A stretch of 64,000 nucleotides of DNA from Oligoflexales bacterium (GTDB lineage Bacteria; Bdellovibrionota_B; Oligoflexia; Oligoflexales; Bog-1112): NCBI GenBank assembly GCA_045106415.1, contig JBGCEP010000035.1:7304-71303 (forward strand), in the 5' to 3' direction. Below the pieces are notes generated by a model, which was not told the DNA's origin, did not search any database, and saw nothing but the letters and a program-made list of their open reading frames with translations. The translations under genes and the position numbers were made by a program. This document shows, in pieces, positions 1-10,763 of this stretch. Each line of letters begins with the position of its first letter. Within the stretch, counting starts at the first letter, position 1.

Positions 1-988
1 ATGTTATTTTAGGAGTAGGCTGAAGTTCTTCTTCCACAGGAAACCCAGTCGCAATGACAGTAACTCGAATAGAGTCTCCAAAAGTCTCATCAACAACAGC
101 TCCGAAGATAATATTTGCGTCTTCATGAGCTGCTTCTTGAATAGTTGAGCAAGCTTGATTGACTTCCATCAGACCTAGGCTTGATCCTGAGGTGATATTG
201 ATCAGAATACCTGTTGCGCCTTCGATATCAATGTCTTCAAGGAGAGGAGAAGAAATAGCGGTTGTGGCTGCTTCTTTTGCTCTGCTTGGCCCTGAAGCTT
301 CACCAACTCCCATAAGCGCTTGACCCATGCTGACCATAATGGATTTGACATCAGCAAAGTCGACATTGATCATTCCTGGAATATTGATGATGTCGCTGAT
401 GCCTCGAACCGCGTTTACAAGAACATTGTCCGCCATGCGAAAAGCATCAACCATGGAAAGGTCAGGGGTTGATATATTAAGGAGTCTTTCGTTAGGGATA
501 ACAATTAAAGTGTCAACATGTTCTCGGAGACGATCGATACCAGCTTGTGCATGTCGTTGACGTCTTTTGCCCTCAAAACTGAAAGGTCGTGTCACTACAC
601 CAACTGTTAAAGCACCTTGTTCTCTTGCTATTTGGCTTACAACGGCTGCACCACCAGTTCCAGTGCCTCCACCCATACCGGCTGTAATGAAAACCATATC
701 AGATCCAGCCAGGATTTCTTGAAGCTCGTGGCGATCTTCTAGTGCTGCGTCGCGACCGATATCAGGATTTGCGCCAGCCCCTAGGCCTTTTGTTAGTTCC
801 TTACCAAGTTGGATTTTGCCTTCAGCTAGGGAAAACTGTAGGGATTGAACATCAGTGTTGGCAGCAATGAATCCTACGCCCTCAATTCCTGCTTTTATCA
901 TGGTTGTGACAGCGTTTGTGCCGCCACCACCAACTCCAATAACTTTTATGCGTGCATTTGGTGTGTATCCCATAGACTCATCTGTCAT
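1..988 (-). CDS. ftsZ: Cell division GTPase FtsZ (C-terminal end runs off the window)
   Basis: Absent from the ORF track because it is open at the window edge. The reverse complement from ATG 988..986 (GGAG 6 nt upstream) reads [27 protein letters not shown]... and later [18 protein letters not shown], the tubulin/FtsZ GGGTGTG signature. It lies directly downstream of ftsA. Confidence 0.95.
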   Translation of the reverse strand, partial: MTDESMGYTPNARIKVIGVGGGGTNAVTTMIKAGIEGVGFIAANTDVQSLQFSLAEGKIQLGKELTKGLGAGANPDIGRDAALEDRHELQEILAGSDMVFITAGMGGGTGTGGAAVVSQIAREQGALTVGVVTRPFSFEGKRRQRHAQAGIDRLREHVDTLIVIPNERLLNISTPDLSMVDAFRMADNVLVNAVRGISDIINIPGMINVDFADVKSIMVSMGQALMGVGEASGPSRAKEAATTAISSPLLEDIDIEGATGILINITSGSSLGLMEVNQACSTIQEAAHEDANIIFGAVVDETFGDSIRVTVIATGFPVEEELQPTPKIT

Positions 989-1109
989 GGCGGTCTCCAT
1001 TGAAAATCTGTGTCATGATGTTTCGTTATGCTATGAGTATTATTTTATGGGGAGTCCCGTTTCTGCGTCAACAAAATGACATGAATAATTCTTTGAGCAA
1101 ACCCATTTG

Positions 1110-2297
1110 TTAAGACAGTTCTTTGATGAAGTCGAAGAACTGTTTCGCGTAATACGATAATTTAGAAGAGTTTTTCTTGGTCGTTGTGCTCAGTTGAGCC
1201 AAAGAAAGAAGCCCGATAGAAGTTGCAAGTTTTCCTGTGTGATGCTCTTTTGCTTGAGTGGGTCGAACCCTAGAAACATGAATATTGAGTTGATTTTCCA
1301 TGAGCTGAGGAAGCCCTTTGAGGTCCGCTCCCCCACCTGTGAGGAAAAGTCCTGTTTCTGGATCGACACCAAGGCGCAGCCGTTGTTGAAGGATGAGGTG
1401 TGAGAGCTCTTCGAGGCGTGGTTTAAGAATTTTTTGAATATCGGATGCTTTAATGTGTTTTAAATCATTATGGATTGTGGAAACTTGAGTTTCTATATTT
1501 GTATCGAGAACACCGAAAGTATGCTTTAGGTGTTCGGCCTCACTTTTAGAAACACCAAGCCCGATCGCGAGATCGTTTGTAATGATTTCTCCACCCACAT
1601 TAATGGTGAAGCACCCAATAGGTTTGCCTCCTCGAAAACAAATTCCATCGGTCGTGCCTCCGCCAATATCGGCAACAGTGACTCCTGTCTCGGAAGCTGT
1701 TTGGTGAACAGTTGATTGGGCAGAAGCATAAGGTTCTGCGAATAGAGCTTTCACTCTTAACCCACAATCGTTACAAAGTTGAATGACATCTCTGGCGTAG
1801 ACAAAGTCTGATCCGATCAGTAAAAATTGCCCATGTAAAAATTGCCCAGAGAGCCCCTGTGGCTCGAGAACTTCAGGGCGTTGGTCAACCTGATAGTGCA
1901 TCGGAATTTGGTGGAGAATTTGATGCCCAGAAGAAAGTTTAGAGGGTATTTGGGATTTGAGTTTGTAAATATGTTCAAGATTTACGGTGTGATGATTGAG
2001 GTGAACTTGAGATTCAATTTTACGGCTCCAGAGATGAGCTCCAGCAATGCCAACGTGAACAGTGCTAATGTCTGTAGCAAATTTTTCTTCTGCAGTAGAA
2101 ATAAGCTCTAATAGAGCTTTTTTTGTTTCTTGATATGAAGCAACCATCCCACGCTTCATGCCTGCTGCAGGGATGCATACGGTGTCGATTTCATCCGGTT
2201 GAGCTGGATTTAATGTTGCTAGACAAAACTTAGTTGTACCTAGATCTAAAGCAAAGAGCTGCTCCAAATTTGGCCTCTTAGTTGTGTGTGATTTCAT
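1110..2297 (-). CDS. ftsA: Cell division protein FtsA (actin-like ATPase)
   Basis: 395-aa ORF with actin-fold phosphate motifs (ALDLGTTKF, ADIGGGTTD) and LTGGGADLKGL. It sits between ftsQ and ftsZ. Confidence 0.95.
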   Translation of the reverse strand: MKSHTTKRPNLEQLFALDLGTTKFCLATLNPAQPDEIDTVCIPAAGMKRGMVASYQETKKALLELISTAEEKFATDISTVHVGIAGAHLWSRKIESQVHLNHHTVNLEHIYKLKSQIPSKLSSGHQILHQIPMHYQVDQRPEVLEPQGLSGQFLHGQFLLIGSDFVYARDVIQLCNDCGLRVKALFAEPYASAQSTVHQTASETGVTVADIGGGTTDGICFRGGKPIGCFTINVGGEIITNDLAIGLGVSKSEAEHLKHTFGVLDTNIETQVSTIHNDLKHIKASDIQKILKPRLEELSHLILQQRLRLGVDPETGLFLTGGGADLKGLPQLMENQLNIHVSRVRPTQAKEHHTGKLATSIGLLSLAQLSTTTKKNSSKLSYYAKQFFDFIKELS

Positions 2298-2360
2298 AGA
2301 AGAATAAGATGTTTTTATTCTAGCATGGAATAAAAAAGGATCTCGTTTTATTGAACTATG

Positions 2361-3191
2361 TTAAGATTTGTACGCAATAAAAACTTTATTTTGAAAATCG
2401 AGTTCTATTTTTTTGATGTTTGACCATTGAGATCTTTTTGTTTGTTGTAGTCGAGCTAATTTTTCAAGATGATCTTCAAATGGCGCATAGCCAAAAGTAA
2501 TCTCAAGGCTGTCGTCAAGCTGGACATGGTAGCCTCGATGTTTTTTGTGAGTAATGTTGGTGACGATGAGGCCTTGAACCTGAAGGGCACGATGGAGCTG
2601 TAAAGCTTCTCCCAGAGTGTTTTTTTCACTGGGTTGTAATTCTAAAGAGTGATTTCGGCGCCATTTTCTTTTTGGATTATTGTCGAGAACTCCCTGCATT
2701 TCTAGTAATGATTCCCATGTGATATGTTGGTGACCTTTATAAATCTCTGCAGTTGCGGTAATCGGGTATTTTTTTTGGTTATAATTTAAAAAGGCAACAG
2801 GACTACGGTTTTTGACGCGAATCCATAAATCTTGATGTGGAGTTTGTGTCAAATTGACGGATTCAAAAGCCCATTTTTTTTGAATATAATGCACAAGGCG
2901 TGACAGGCTTGGACTTTTTGATTGCCGATATTGTGTGGAAATATCTTGGAGAAGTGATTCTTTCATTTGGGGGTCAATGGGTTGATGGCTAATAACTTCT
3001 ATTTTTTTTGGTTTAAAATGATTTTTTGGAAAAAATGGGTCTATAGAGAGAGATTGCAGCAGAACCAAGAATATAACACAACAAACTAACGGGATAGACC
3101 ATAAAACCCAACGAATATGTGTTTGTTTTTGAGATTTTTTTCTTCGTTTTTTTGGTTTTTGGTGCCGTAAAGGGTTTTTGAATTTCTGCAT
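2361..3191 (-). CDS. ftsQ: Cell division protein FtsQ/DivIB-like
   Basis: 276-aa ORF with a basic N-terminus (KPKKRRKKSQK) and one TM helix (WVLWSIPLVCCVIFLVLL), followed by a periplasmic domain. It holds the conserved slot between murC and ftsA. The call rests mainly on architecture and synteny. Confidence 0.75.
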   Translation of the reverse strand: MQKFKNPLRHQKPKKRRKKSQKQTHIRWVLWSIPLVCCVIFLVLLQSLSIDPFFPKNHFKPKKIEVISHQPIDPQMKESLLQDISTQYRQSKSPSLSRLVHYIQKKWAFESVNLTQTPHQDLWIRVKNRSPVAFLNYNQKKYPITATAEIYKGHQHITWESLLEMQGVLDNNPKRKWRRNHSLELQPSEKNTLGEALQLHRALQVQGLIVTNITHKKHRGYHVQLDDSLEITFGYAPFEDHLEKLARLQQTKRSQWSNIKKIELDFQNKVFIAYKS

Positions 3192-3246
3192 TCACATCCT
3201 CTTGTGACATCAAACATGTGTTTGTTCTAAGTGGGATTCAATACAG

Positions 3247-4635
3247 CTATTTTAGCTCATTTTTAAGGGTTGTGCTGAGCTTTGGGCAGATTGAGGTAAG
3301 ATCCCCAGCTCCAACTGTGAGGCACAAAAAGGGTTTTTGAGATTTTTGTGCAGTTTTTAGTGTGTGTTTAATTATATGATCAAAGCTGTTAGCCTCAAAC
3401 ACAGAAGTTTCAGAAGCTTCTGAAATCGCTTTTGTGAGGTTTGCTGGAGTGATATTTGGTAAAGGCTTTTCACCTGCGCTATATATCGGAGTGATGCAGA
3501 CAGAATCTGCTGATTGGAAACTTTCAGAAAACTCTTGCCATAAGCTTTCTGTTCTTGTGTACCTATGTGGCTGAAAAATGACGTGCAAATGACGTTCTGG
3601 CCATGCTTGTTTGAGGGCGTCGACAACAGCTGTGATCTTCCCAGGGTTGTGTGCGTAGTCGTCAAAAACAAAAGCTTTATCGGTTTTTAAAATTTGATTT
3701 AAACGCCTTTGCGTACCAGGAAATAATGCGAGAGCTTGGCAGCTCTTTTTAAAATCTAAGCCAAGACATTGCGCCACACATAACGCTGCAAGTGCATTTT
3801 GAACATTGTGTAGCCCCACGGTCGGCAGAGAGCATAAAGCTGTTTCGTCTTTTGTATAAAGTTGGATCGACATATGGCCATTATGAACGTCAAAAGTTTT
3901 TTGGTCTGCCCAGATATCAGCTTCCTTCTTGAAGCCGAAGGTTTTTGTTTGCAGTGACGATTGCCTGAGAACTTTAGAATTTGTATCATCGGCATTATAA
4001 ATGAGCCACCCCTTGGGTTTTACTCGGTGGGCGTGCTCCTGAAAAGCAGCTTGAATATGAGCCAGGCTTCCATAATGATCAAGGTGGTCAGCATCAATGT
4101 TTGTGATGACAGCAATATCTGGTTGATACTTTAAAAAACTTCCATCAGATTCATCTGCTTCGGCTACAAAAAGATTGCTTTGGCCACAGCGTGAAGATTG
4201 CTGAGAGTGGCACATAATACCACCAATCACAGCACTGGGATCTTGATCGAGTTCTTCTAAAATCCATGTCACCATGGCAGAGGTTGTCGTTTTCCCATGA
4301 GTTCCTGCGACAGTAATGGCGGTTTGTTTTTCCATGAGAGTGTTGAGTAGATCTGAGCGGTGTAAGATCTTTAAACCATGATTTTTTGCGAAAGCAATTT
4401 CAGGGTTTGAGTCTTGTACAGCGCTAGAGCGAACAACAGTGACTTTTTGAGGTAAGCGTTCAGAATTGTGTTCTGCGTAAACAGTGGCTCCAAGGCGCTC
4501 AAGGAGCTGAGTTCTGGAGTTTTGGTTAAGGTCGGACCCTAGAACCTTTTGCCCTTGTCGTAGAAGAATTTCAGCGAGTGGAGCCATGCCTGAGCCGCCA
4601 ATGCCGACAAAGTAATAAGGGTCATGTTGTGTCAC
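3247..4635 (-). CDS. murC: UDP-N-acetylmuramate--L-alanine ligase MurC
   Basis: Mur ligase motifs: FVGIGGSGMAPLAEIL, AGTHGKTTT, DADHLDHYGS. The ORF-track ATG at 4686 would overlap ftsW by 52 nt. An in-frame GTG at 4635 (TAGTG overlap with the ftsW stop) gives a normal MurC N-terminus (M)TQHDPYYFVGIGG. The start is therefore uncertain (4635 or 4686). Confidence 0.9.
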   Translation of the reverse strand: MTQHDPYYFVGIGGSGMAPLAEILLRQGQKVLGSDLNQNSRTQLLERLGATVYAEHNSERLPQKVTVVRSSAVQDSNPEIAFAKNHGLKILHRSDLLNTLMEKQTAITVAGTHGKTTTSAMVTWILEELDQDPSAVIGGIMCHSQQSSRCGQSNLFVAEADESDGSFLKYQPDIAVITNIDADHLDHYGSLAHIQAAFQEHAHRVKPKGWLIYNADDTNSKVLRQSSLQTKTFGFKKEADIWADQKTFDVHNGHMSIQLYTKDETALCSLPTVGLHNVQNALAALCVAQCLGLDFKKSCQALALFPGTQRRLNQILKTDKAFVFDDYAHNPGKITAVVDALKQAWPERHLHVIFQPHRYTRTESLWQEFSESFQSADSVCITPIYSAGEKPLPNITPANLTKAISEASETSVFEANSFDHIIKHTLKTAQKSQKPFLCLTVGAGDLTSICPKLSTTLKNELK

Positions 4636-5723
4636 TAATCGTTCTCCGTCACATTTTGAGCAATTCGGACAAGAACTGCAATACAAAATAAAAACACAAT
4701 GAGTGATGAGGCTCCGCTACTAAGAAAAGGAAGAGTGAGACCTTTTGTGGGAAGAAGGCCCATAGCAACACCCATGTTGAGGGAGGACTGTAAAACAAGA
4801 AGAGTTGTCATAGCAATAGCCAAGTGCTTATAAAATGGGTTCTTCTGTCTTTCTGCAACTTTAAAACCAACGCAACCAATTAAAGTAAATAAGCCTAAAA
4901 CACTTAAAACGCCGAGTAGCCCCATTTCTTCACCAACGACAGAGAGCACAAAGTCGGTGTGAGCTTCTGGAAGAAAAAACAGCTTTTGTCTTGAGCCGCC
5001 AAACCCTGTGCCCATGAGAGAGCCGTTTCGGAAAGCCAGATAACTCTGAATGATTTGAAACCCACCTTGCTGAATATCGTCCCATGGGTCTAAGAAACTA
5101 GCGAGTCGTCTGAGGCGGTACGGCTCTAAGAAAATAGCAAATCCAGCCAGAAAACCTCCGGATAAAGCTAATGTTGTAAGTTTTTTATTTTCTACGCCTT
5201 TAATGTAAAGCATGGCAAAGACTAAGAGGCCTAAAAGCGCTGTTGAGCCAAAATCGGGTTGAAGCATGACAAAGTAGGCAAGGATGCTAAAGACAAAGAA
5301 GTTTGAGGCAATACAGCCCCATGTGTCTTGAAAAGATGAGCGAGCTAGATTTGCAGCTAAAAAAAACGCTAAAGCTGGCTTTGCTAGTTCTGCAGGCTGA
5401 AACCGTAAGGGCCCCAGAGCAAGCCAGCGGGTGGCTCCCCCAGCTGTTTGATAGGCGCCTGGGACGAGGATAAGGGACAGTAAAAAGCAACAAAGCCCCA
5501 GCAGAGGCAGTGTTAATTTTTTGAGCCAGTGGATGGGAGTGTGGCGAATGCCTAAAATGCCACACCATCCTACGATGGCAACAAGAGTTTGTTTCCTGAA
5601 GAAAAAAAGAGGATCATTAAATTGTTCCGCTCCTTTGAGAGAAGACGCTGTGTAGACCATTAAAAGGCCGATGCTAGTGAGTAAAAAAGTAGAGTAGACA
5701 AGAGTGAACTCGTAAGAATTCAT
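4635..5723 (-). CDS. ftsW: SEDS-family peptidoglycan glycosyltransferase FtsW
   Basis: Polytopic membrane protein with FtsW/RodA-type motifs (GATRWLALGPLRFQPAELAK, FLPEAHTDF, LPTKGLTLPFLSSGASS). ATG 5723 forms an ATGA overlap with the murD stop. The ORF-track start at 5750 is the alternative. Confidence 0.9.
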   Translation of the reverse strand: MNSYEFTLVYSTFLLTSIGLLMVYTASSLKGAEQFNDPLFFFRKQTLVAIVGWCGILGIRHTPIHWLKKLTLPLLGLCCFLLSLILVPGAYQTAGGATRWLALGPLRFQPAELAKPALAFFLAANLARSSFQDTWGCIASNFFVFSILAYFVMLQPDFGSTALLGLLVFAMLYIKGVENKKLTTLALSGGFLAGFAIFLEPYRLRRLASFLDPWDDIQQGGFQIIQSYLAFRNGSLMGTGFGGSRQKLFFLPEAHTDFVLSVVGEEMGLLGVLSVLGLFTLIGCVGFKVAERQKNPFYKHLAIAMTTLLVLQSSLNMGVAMGLLPTKGLTLPFLSSGASSLIVFLFCIAVLVRIAQNVTEND

Positions 5724-6958
5724 AGGTTTTTTGGCTTGTGTAAGGTGCATGGCGAATCTCCAATTTTCTTATAAACAGTGTGACAGAAAAATTGCCCTCT
5801 GTGTTCAAAGCTCTGAAATTCGTCTTGGCTTGCGCAGCCTGGTGAGAAAAGAATGTTTTCATTCATGTCTTCTGCATGGAGGGCATCTTTTAGAGTGTTG
5901 TAGCAAAAAAGAGGGATATGACTTTGTTGGGAAAGTTGCGAAAAAAGTCGAGTATGTGCTTTGCCAAACAAAATTATTTTTTTGATATGAGTGTGTTCGG
6001 CAAGAAGACTAAAATCTTCTCCTTTATCAAGCCCTCCAATCCAGAGCACTAAAGGAACTTGTGTACTTTTCACAGCTTCGAGAGTGGATTCAAGGTTTGT
6101 TGATTTGCTGTCGTTGATAATATGATTTGCAGGAGGTTGAAGCCTTTCAAAACGGTGAGGCAGTGATGTGTAATCAGCCAGGCTATCTTCCCAGGTATAT
6201 TTTTTCCCAGAAATTAGCTGAGCTGCTAAAAGCGCCCATGCAGCATTTATCTGGTTGTGCTGTTCTGGAAAGCCTGGAGTGGGAGCCGGGCGGTGGATGG
6301 ATAGCTTGGGTGAAAGATGAGGAATCTCACCGACACTGGGTCCTAAAATCGCATGTTTTGTAGTGCTTTGAATGAGTCGTGATTTGAGGTCAAAATAATG
6401 CTTCATTGTTTTGTGGCGCGCAAGGTGGTCTTCTGAAAATGTTGTCCAAATAGAGACTTCTGATGCAATCGGTCGAGAAAGTTCGAGTTGATAGGACGAC
6501 AGCTCTAGGATGAGGATGTCTGGATGTGGTTTTTCAGCAAGCAATCCACATGGAGAAAGTCCTATATTTCCAGCTGCTTTTGCGAAAAAATCTTTTTTTA
6601 AGATGTGTTCGAGCATATCGACTGTACTGGATTTTCCATTGGTACCAGTGACACCTATGATACGGCCATGAAAATGTTGTAGAGCAAGATCAATTTCACT
6701 GAGAACAGGAATATGACGCTTTTGTGATTGTAAAATAAGAGGGTGGTTGATGGGCACACTTGGACTGAGGATTAAGGTTTCAGCGTCTTCTGGAAGGAGC
6801 TGAGGCTCTTCAAAGCAATCCACGGGTACTCTTTTGAGAAAGGCTGTGTCTTTTGGTGGTGTTCTAGACAATATTTTAATGTTTTTATGCCCTTGAGAGG
6901 AAAGAAGCTTTGCTGCCCCTATCCCAGAAATACCTGCGCCGAGGATATATAAAGTCAT
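5720..6958 (-). CDS. murD: UDP-N-acetylmuramoylalanine--D-glutamate ligase MurD
   Basis: N-terminal Rossmann motif ILGAGISGIGAAKLL and P-loop GVTGTNGKSST. ATG 6958 lies 4 nt after the mraY stop. The longer ORF-track start at 6991 overlaps mraY. Confidence 0.9.
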   Translation of the reverse strand: MTLYILGAGISGIGAAKLLSSQGHKNIKILSRTPPKDTAFLKRVPVDCFEEPQLLPEDAETLILSPSVPINHPLILQSQKRHIPVLSEIDLALQHFHGRIIGVTGTNGKSSTVDMLEHILKKDFFAKAAGNIGLSPCGLLAEKPHPDILILELSSYQLELSRPIASEVSIWTTFSEDHLARHKTMKHYFDLKSRLIQSTTKHAILGPSVGEIPHLSPKLSIHRPAPTPGFPEQHNQINAAWALLAAQLISGKKYTWEDSLADYTSLPHRFERLQPPANHIINDSKSTNLESTLEAVKSTQVPLVLWIGGLDKGEDFSLLAEHTHIKKIILFGKAHTRLFSQLSQQSHIPLFCYNTLKDALHAEDMNENILFSPGCASQDEFQSFEHRGQFFCHTVYKKIGDSPCTLHKPKNL

Positions 6959-6962
6959 GAAT

Positions 6963-8039
6963 TTACCGAATTTTAAGGCTAAGAAGACCAATGATACTTA
7001 GAACGATTGAGATAATCCAAAAGCGAACAATAACCTTAGGCTCAGCCCATCCTTTTAATTCAAAATGATGGTGGAGGGGAGCCATGCGGAAAATGCGGTT
7101 GCCTGTGAGCTTGAAAGAAGCAACTTGAGTGATGACGGACACAGCCTCTGCCACAAAAATGCCACCGATGATAGCGAGTAGAATTTCATGTCGTGAAAAG
7201 ATGGCAAGAGCCCCAAGCCCAGCACCCAGTGGGAGAGACCCAATGTCCCCCATAAAGACTTGTGCAGGGTAGGTGTTGTACCAAAGAAAGCCCATTCCAG
7301 CACCAACGATGGCTGCTGCGAAAATAGCAAGTTCTCCGGCTCCAGGAACGTACGGGAACTGGAGGTACTCAGCAATGACTGAGTGCCCTGATACATACGA
7401 TAAGACTGCATAGCAAGCAGCGCTAATCATGACGGGGCCAATAGCAAGTCCATCTAAACCGTCAGTGAGGTTTACAGCATTGCTTGTACCCACAACAATA
7501 AAAACGCTTAAAGGAATCCACCAAGTGCCAAGCGGCAAGGTGAGGTCTTTGAAAAAAGGAATGGAAAGATTTCCTGTATTTTCTGTAAAGTAAAAATGTA
7601 TTGTGCATGCAAATGTCGCACAAATAATCATCCAGAGCATTTTACCGCGAGCAGAAACACCTTTTGTATTTTTTTTGGTTATTTTTGAATAATCATCTAA
7701 AAAACCTAAAAATCCAAAACTTCCGAAAAGAAAAACTGTGCACCACATGGTGATCTCTGTCCAATCCATCCAAAGTAACGTTGGGACGAGCACAGCGAAT
7801 AAAATAAGAGCCCCTCCCATGGTGGGCGTGCCGGCTTTTGATAGGTGAGATTGAGGGCCATCTTGTCGAATCACTTGGCCGAGTTGCTTGATTTGAAGTG
7901 TGCGTATGAGCCAAGGAGAAATCAAGAAAGATAAGAATAAGGAGCTAAGAAGTGCGATCATGCTCCGAAAAGTAATATATCGAGTTACGTTGAGTCCACC
8001 GAGATCATCGACGAAAATTTGGCTTAAGTGGTAGAGCAT
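6963..8039 (-). CDS. mraY: Phospho-N-acetylmuramoyl-pentapeptide transferase MraY
   Basis: 358-aa polytopic membrane protein with motifs NAVNLTDGLDGLA, MGDIGSLPLG and PLHHHFELKGW. Confidence 0.95.
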   Translation of the reverse strand: MLYHLSQIFVDDLGGLNVTRYITFRSMIALLSSLFLSFLISPWLIRTLQIKQLGQVIRQDGPQSHLSKAGTPTMGGALILFAVLVPTLLWMDWTEITMWCTVFLFGSFGFLGFLDDYSKITKKNTKGVSARGKMLWMIICATFACTIHFYFTENTGNLSIPFFKDLTLPLGTWWIPLSVFIVVGTSNAVNLTDGLDGLAIGPVMISAACYAVLSYVSGHSVIAEYLQFPYVPGAGELAIFAAAIVGAGMGFLWYNTYPAQVFMGDIGSLPLGAGLGALAIFSRHEILLAIIGGIFVAEAVSVITQVASFKLTGNRIFRMAPLHHHFELKGWAEPKVIVRFWIISIVLSIIGLLSLKIR

Positions 8040-9385
8040 GATGAATCCTTCATATAAGCATGGAGTCTGTTCAAAACGTTTTTGAGACCAATTCCATTGG
8101 AAGCCTTTGCATACACTAAAGCATGCTTGGATAAAAGAGAGATGTCGACATTCTTTGCGCAGTCGACATGGATGTGGTTGATTTTTTTTGCAAGTTTGAT
8201 GTTTTTTGTTAGTCGACCTACTGTGATGACTTGCTGTGGGTTGAGAGCGTTAATGTCTGCGGCAAGCTCTTGGTGCGCGAGAACTTCATCAGGCCCAAGT
8301 TCCGACATGTCCCCTAAAAGGAGGGTGAGTGGTTGGGGTAACCAGGAGTGGAGAGTTTTTAATCCTGCGCGCATACTTGCGGGACTAGCGTTATAGGTAT
8401 CGTCAATGATCGTGTGTGTTTCTGTTTTTGTAATGTGAAACCGGCCTTCAACGCCCTGAAAATGAGCCAGCCCTTTTCGAACTTTTTCTAAGGGAAGTCC
8501 TGCAGCAATAGCTGTGGCGCATACTGCGGCAATATTATGGGACCATGCTTGATGGAAGATTGGGAGTTCGATGTCGAACAGGTCTAGGCTTCCGTACACA
8601 CTCAATGAGACTTTAAGGCCATGCTGTTCTGTGCGTTTAAAGTTACAGATACGAACATCGCTGAGCAGATGTGTTCCAAATGTGATGACTTGAGCATGGG
8701 TTGCTTTTGCTTTTTCAACAAGCTCTGCTTGATCCATGGGAACAATCGCAAACTTTGTTTTAGAGTGTTGAAAAATCTGAGATTTTGTACGAACAAGGTT
8801 GTCGTGAGAGCCGAAAATTTCAAGGTGTGAATCTGCGGCTCCTAAGCAAATGCCAATTTCAGCTTCAACAAAAGGAGTGAGAGCTCCAATATCATCCACG
8901 TGGCGAGCCCCAATTTCAATGAGAACCGTACGATGGTCTTTGTTTATTTCTAAAAGAGTCTTTGGGACTCCAATTTCATTATTATTATTCTCTGATGTTT
9001 TGAGAACAGGTCCTGCTTCTTGAAAAGCGCAGGCTAACATTTCTCGTGTTGTAGTTTTTCCCACAGATCCTGTGAGTGCGATGCATGTTGCAGAACTTTG
9101 GCGGCGCCACGCCAGGGCGGCATTTTGGTAGCTTTGCAATGTGCTTTTAACCAAGACTCCTGTGGGATGCTGGATATCTTGTTCAGAAAAGTAGCCACGG
9201 CACCCTTTTTGAATAGCTTCAGGTATAAGGGTGTGGCCGTCAAATTTTTTCCCCTTAAGTGGTAAAAACCACTGCCCAGGTCGCAAATTTCTTGTATCTG
9301 TATTTAGCTCATGAGGTTGAGGGCAATTGAGATTAGGAGTGTCTTGTAATGTATTATCGTAGTCATGCCATGTTAATTTCATCAC
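8024..9385 (-). CDS. murF: UDP-MurNAc-tripeptide--D-alanyl-D-alanine ligase MurF
   Basis: Mur ligase P-loop LTGSVGKTTTREM and DDTYNASPASM. It sits between murE and mraY. Confidence 0.9.
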   Translation of the reverse strand: MMKLTWHDYDNTLQDTPNLNCPQPHELNTDTRNLRPGQWFLPLKGKKFDGHTLIPEAIQKGCRGYFSEQDIQHPTGVLVKSTLQSYQNAALAWRRQSSATCIALTGSVGKTTTREMLACAFQEAGPVLKTSENNNNEIGVPKTLLEINKDHRTVLIEIGARHVDDIGALTPFVEAEIGICLGAADSHLEIFGSHDNLVRTKSQIFQHSKTKFAIVPMDQAELVEKAKATHAQVITFGTHLLSDVRICNFKRTEQHGLKVSLSVYGSLDLFDIELPIFHQAWSHNIAAVCATAIAAGLPLEKVRKGLAHFQGVEGRFHITKTETHTIIDDTYNASPASMRAGLKTLHSWLPQPLTLLLGDMSELGPDEVLAHQELAADINALNPQQVITVGRLTKNIKLAKKINHIHVDCAKNVDISLLSKHALVYAKASNGIGLKNVLNRLHAYMKDSSCSTT

Positions 9386-10763
9386 GATCCTGCTTTTGTT
9401 GAAAATACGATTGAACTATCTTTACATCGTCAAAAGGTGTTCTGCTTCCATTCACTTCTTGGGTAGTTTCATGCCCTTTTCCAGCAAGAATCACGATGTC
9501 GTTTTTATTTGCAGACTGCAAAGCAAAGTGAATAGCTGCTTTTCTATCTGAGATGCGAGTTATAGGTATTGAGCACCCTTTTTGGATATCATCAAGAATA
9601 CGATCTGGTGATTCACTGCGAGGATTATCGGAGGTCAGAACAGTGGTATCTGCGAGTCGTGTTGCGACTTCACCCATCAAGGCTCTTTTTTCTTGGTCAC
9701 GATCTCCGCCGCAACCGAATAAAACGATGATTTTACCTGAAAGCTTTCTTGTAAAACTTTGCAGGGTTTGTTCAAGAGCGTCTGGTGTGTGTGCGTAATC
9801 TATAAAAACATCGGGACAGTGATGTGCTTTTTGCATGCGCCCTGGGATTGTTGAGCCGTGCCACATTTCAGAGGGTAATATGACGCCAGCAAAAGAAGCA
9901 AGTAGCCAAGCTGCTGCAAAATTTTGCTCAGCAAAAACACCCAGCCATGGGATGTGTGCTTTCCCTTCAAAAAAAGAGCATGAGAGCTGAAGACTTTCAT
10001 CATGATGACTAAGGTGAAGGTCTGAAGATTTGTCATAGCCATATGTGACAGCGTGAGGGAGTGTTCTATTCAGTTTTTCAAAAAGAGCAACGTGTTTTGC
10101 TTCTTTTACAAAACTCCATTTTGTGTTCCAGTAATTTTCCATTGTTTCATGGTAGTCGAGGTGATCTTGAGAAAAACTTGTGAAAGCACACCCTGTAAAG
10201 GACAGTGGGATGAGTTTTTTTTGAGCGATACTGTGAGAGGATACTTCCATGACAACGATAGCTTGCTGTTCATAAGCTCTTTGAAGCAAAGGAAATAAGA
10301 CATCAGGGTCAGGAGTTGTGTGGATAAGAGGCTCTCTGGTGTGCTCATCAAAAAAAGCACCGAGAGTTCCTATGGTAAGGACCTTGCGACCTGCACTTCT
10401 TAGAAGAGCGCTCGCAATCCAAGCCGTACTTGTTTTGCCATTCGTACCGGTAATACCTAACAGAGTCAGTTTGCGATGTGTGTGTTGGTATGCCGCAGCA
10501 CACAGCCATGTCCATGCACTACGGCCACAAGACACTTGAATGTCACAAGTGGGCGAAGAACCAATAACGAGCTGAGCTCCGTTTTTCCGAGCTTCATTTT
10601 CGTATTGTGTCCAGGTGATAAAGATGTCGCCTGGTTTTACTTTCCGCGAATCAACTTGAATAGATCCTGATCCTTGCTGTAGGAGGTGTTCATTGTGTAC
10701 AACTGGGTTGAGTAGCCCTTCATGCAAGGTCTTTAGAATTTGATCGTAAGCAATGTTATTCAC
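9363..10763 (-). CDS. murE: UDP-MurNAc-L-Ala-D-Glu--2,6-diaminopimelate ligase MurE
   Basis: Motifs GITGTNGKTSTAW and DYAHTPDALE, plus a DNPR motif (TSDNPRSE) typical of meso-DAP-adding MurE. The GTG start overlaps the ftsI stop (GTGA). Confidence 0.9.
   Translation of the reverse strand: MNNIAYDQILKTLHEGLLNPVVHNEHLLQQGSGSIQVDSRKVKPGDIFITWTQYENEARKNGAQLVIGSSPTCDIQVSCGRSAWTWLCAAAYQHTHRKLTLLGITGTNGKTSTAWIASALLRSAGRKVLTIGTLGAFFDEHTREPLIHTTPDPDVLFPLLQRAYEQQAIVVMEVSSHSIAQKKLIPLSFTGCAFTSFSQDHLDYHETMENYWNTKWSFVKEAKHVALFEKLNRTLPHAVTYGYDKSSDLHLSHHDESLQLSCSFFEGKAHIPWLGVFAEQNFAAAWLLASFAGVILPSEMWHGSTIPGRMQKAHHCPDVFIDYAHTPDALEQTLQSFTRKLSGKIIVLFGCGGDRDQEKRALMGEVATRLADTTVLTSDNPRSESPDRILDDIQKGCSIPITRISDRKAAIHFALQSANKNDIVILAGKGHETTQEVNGSRTPFDDVKIVQSYFQQKQDRDEINMA

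Noticed and set aside
4636-4686. Cys-rich N-terminal extension of MurC (MYCSSCPNCSKCDGERL, CxxCxxCxxC)
   Set aside because: It lies entirely within the 3' end of ftsW in another frame. An in-frame GTG at the ftsW stop gives a canonical MurC N-terminus. The extension is most likely an artefact of taking the longest ORF, though this is not formally excluded.
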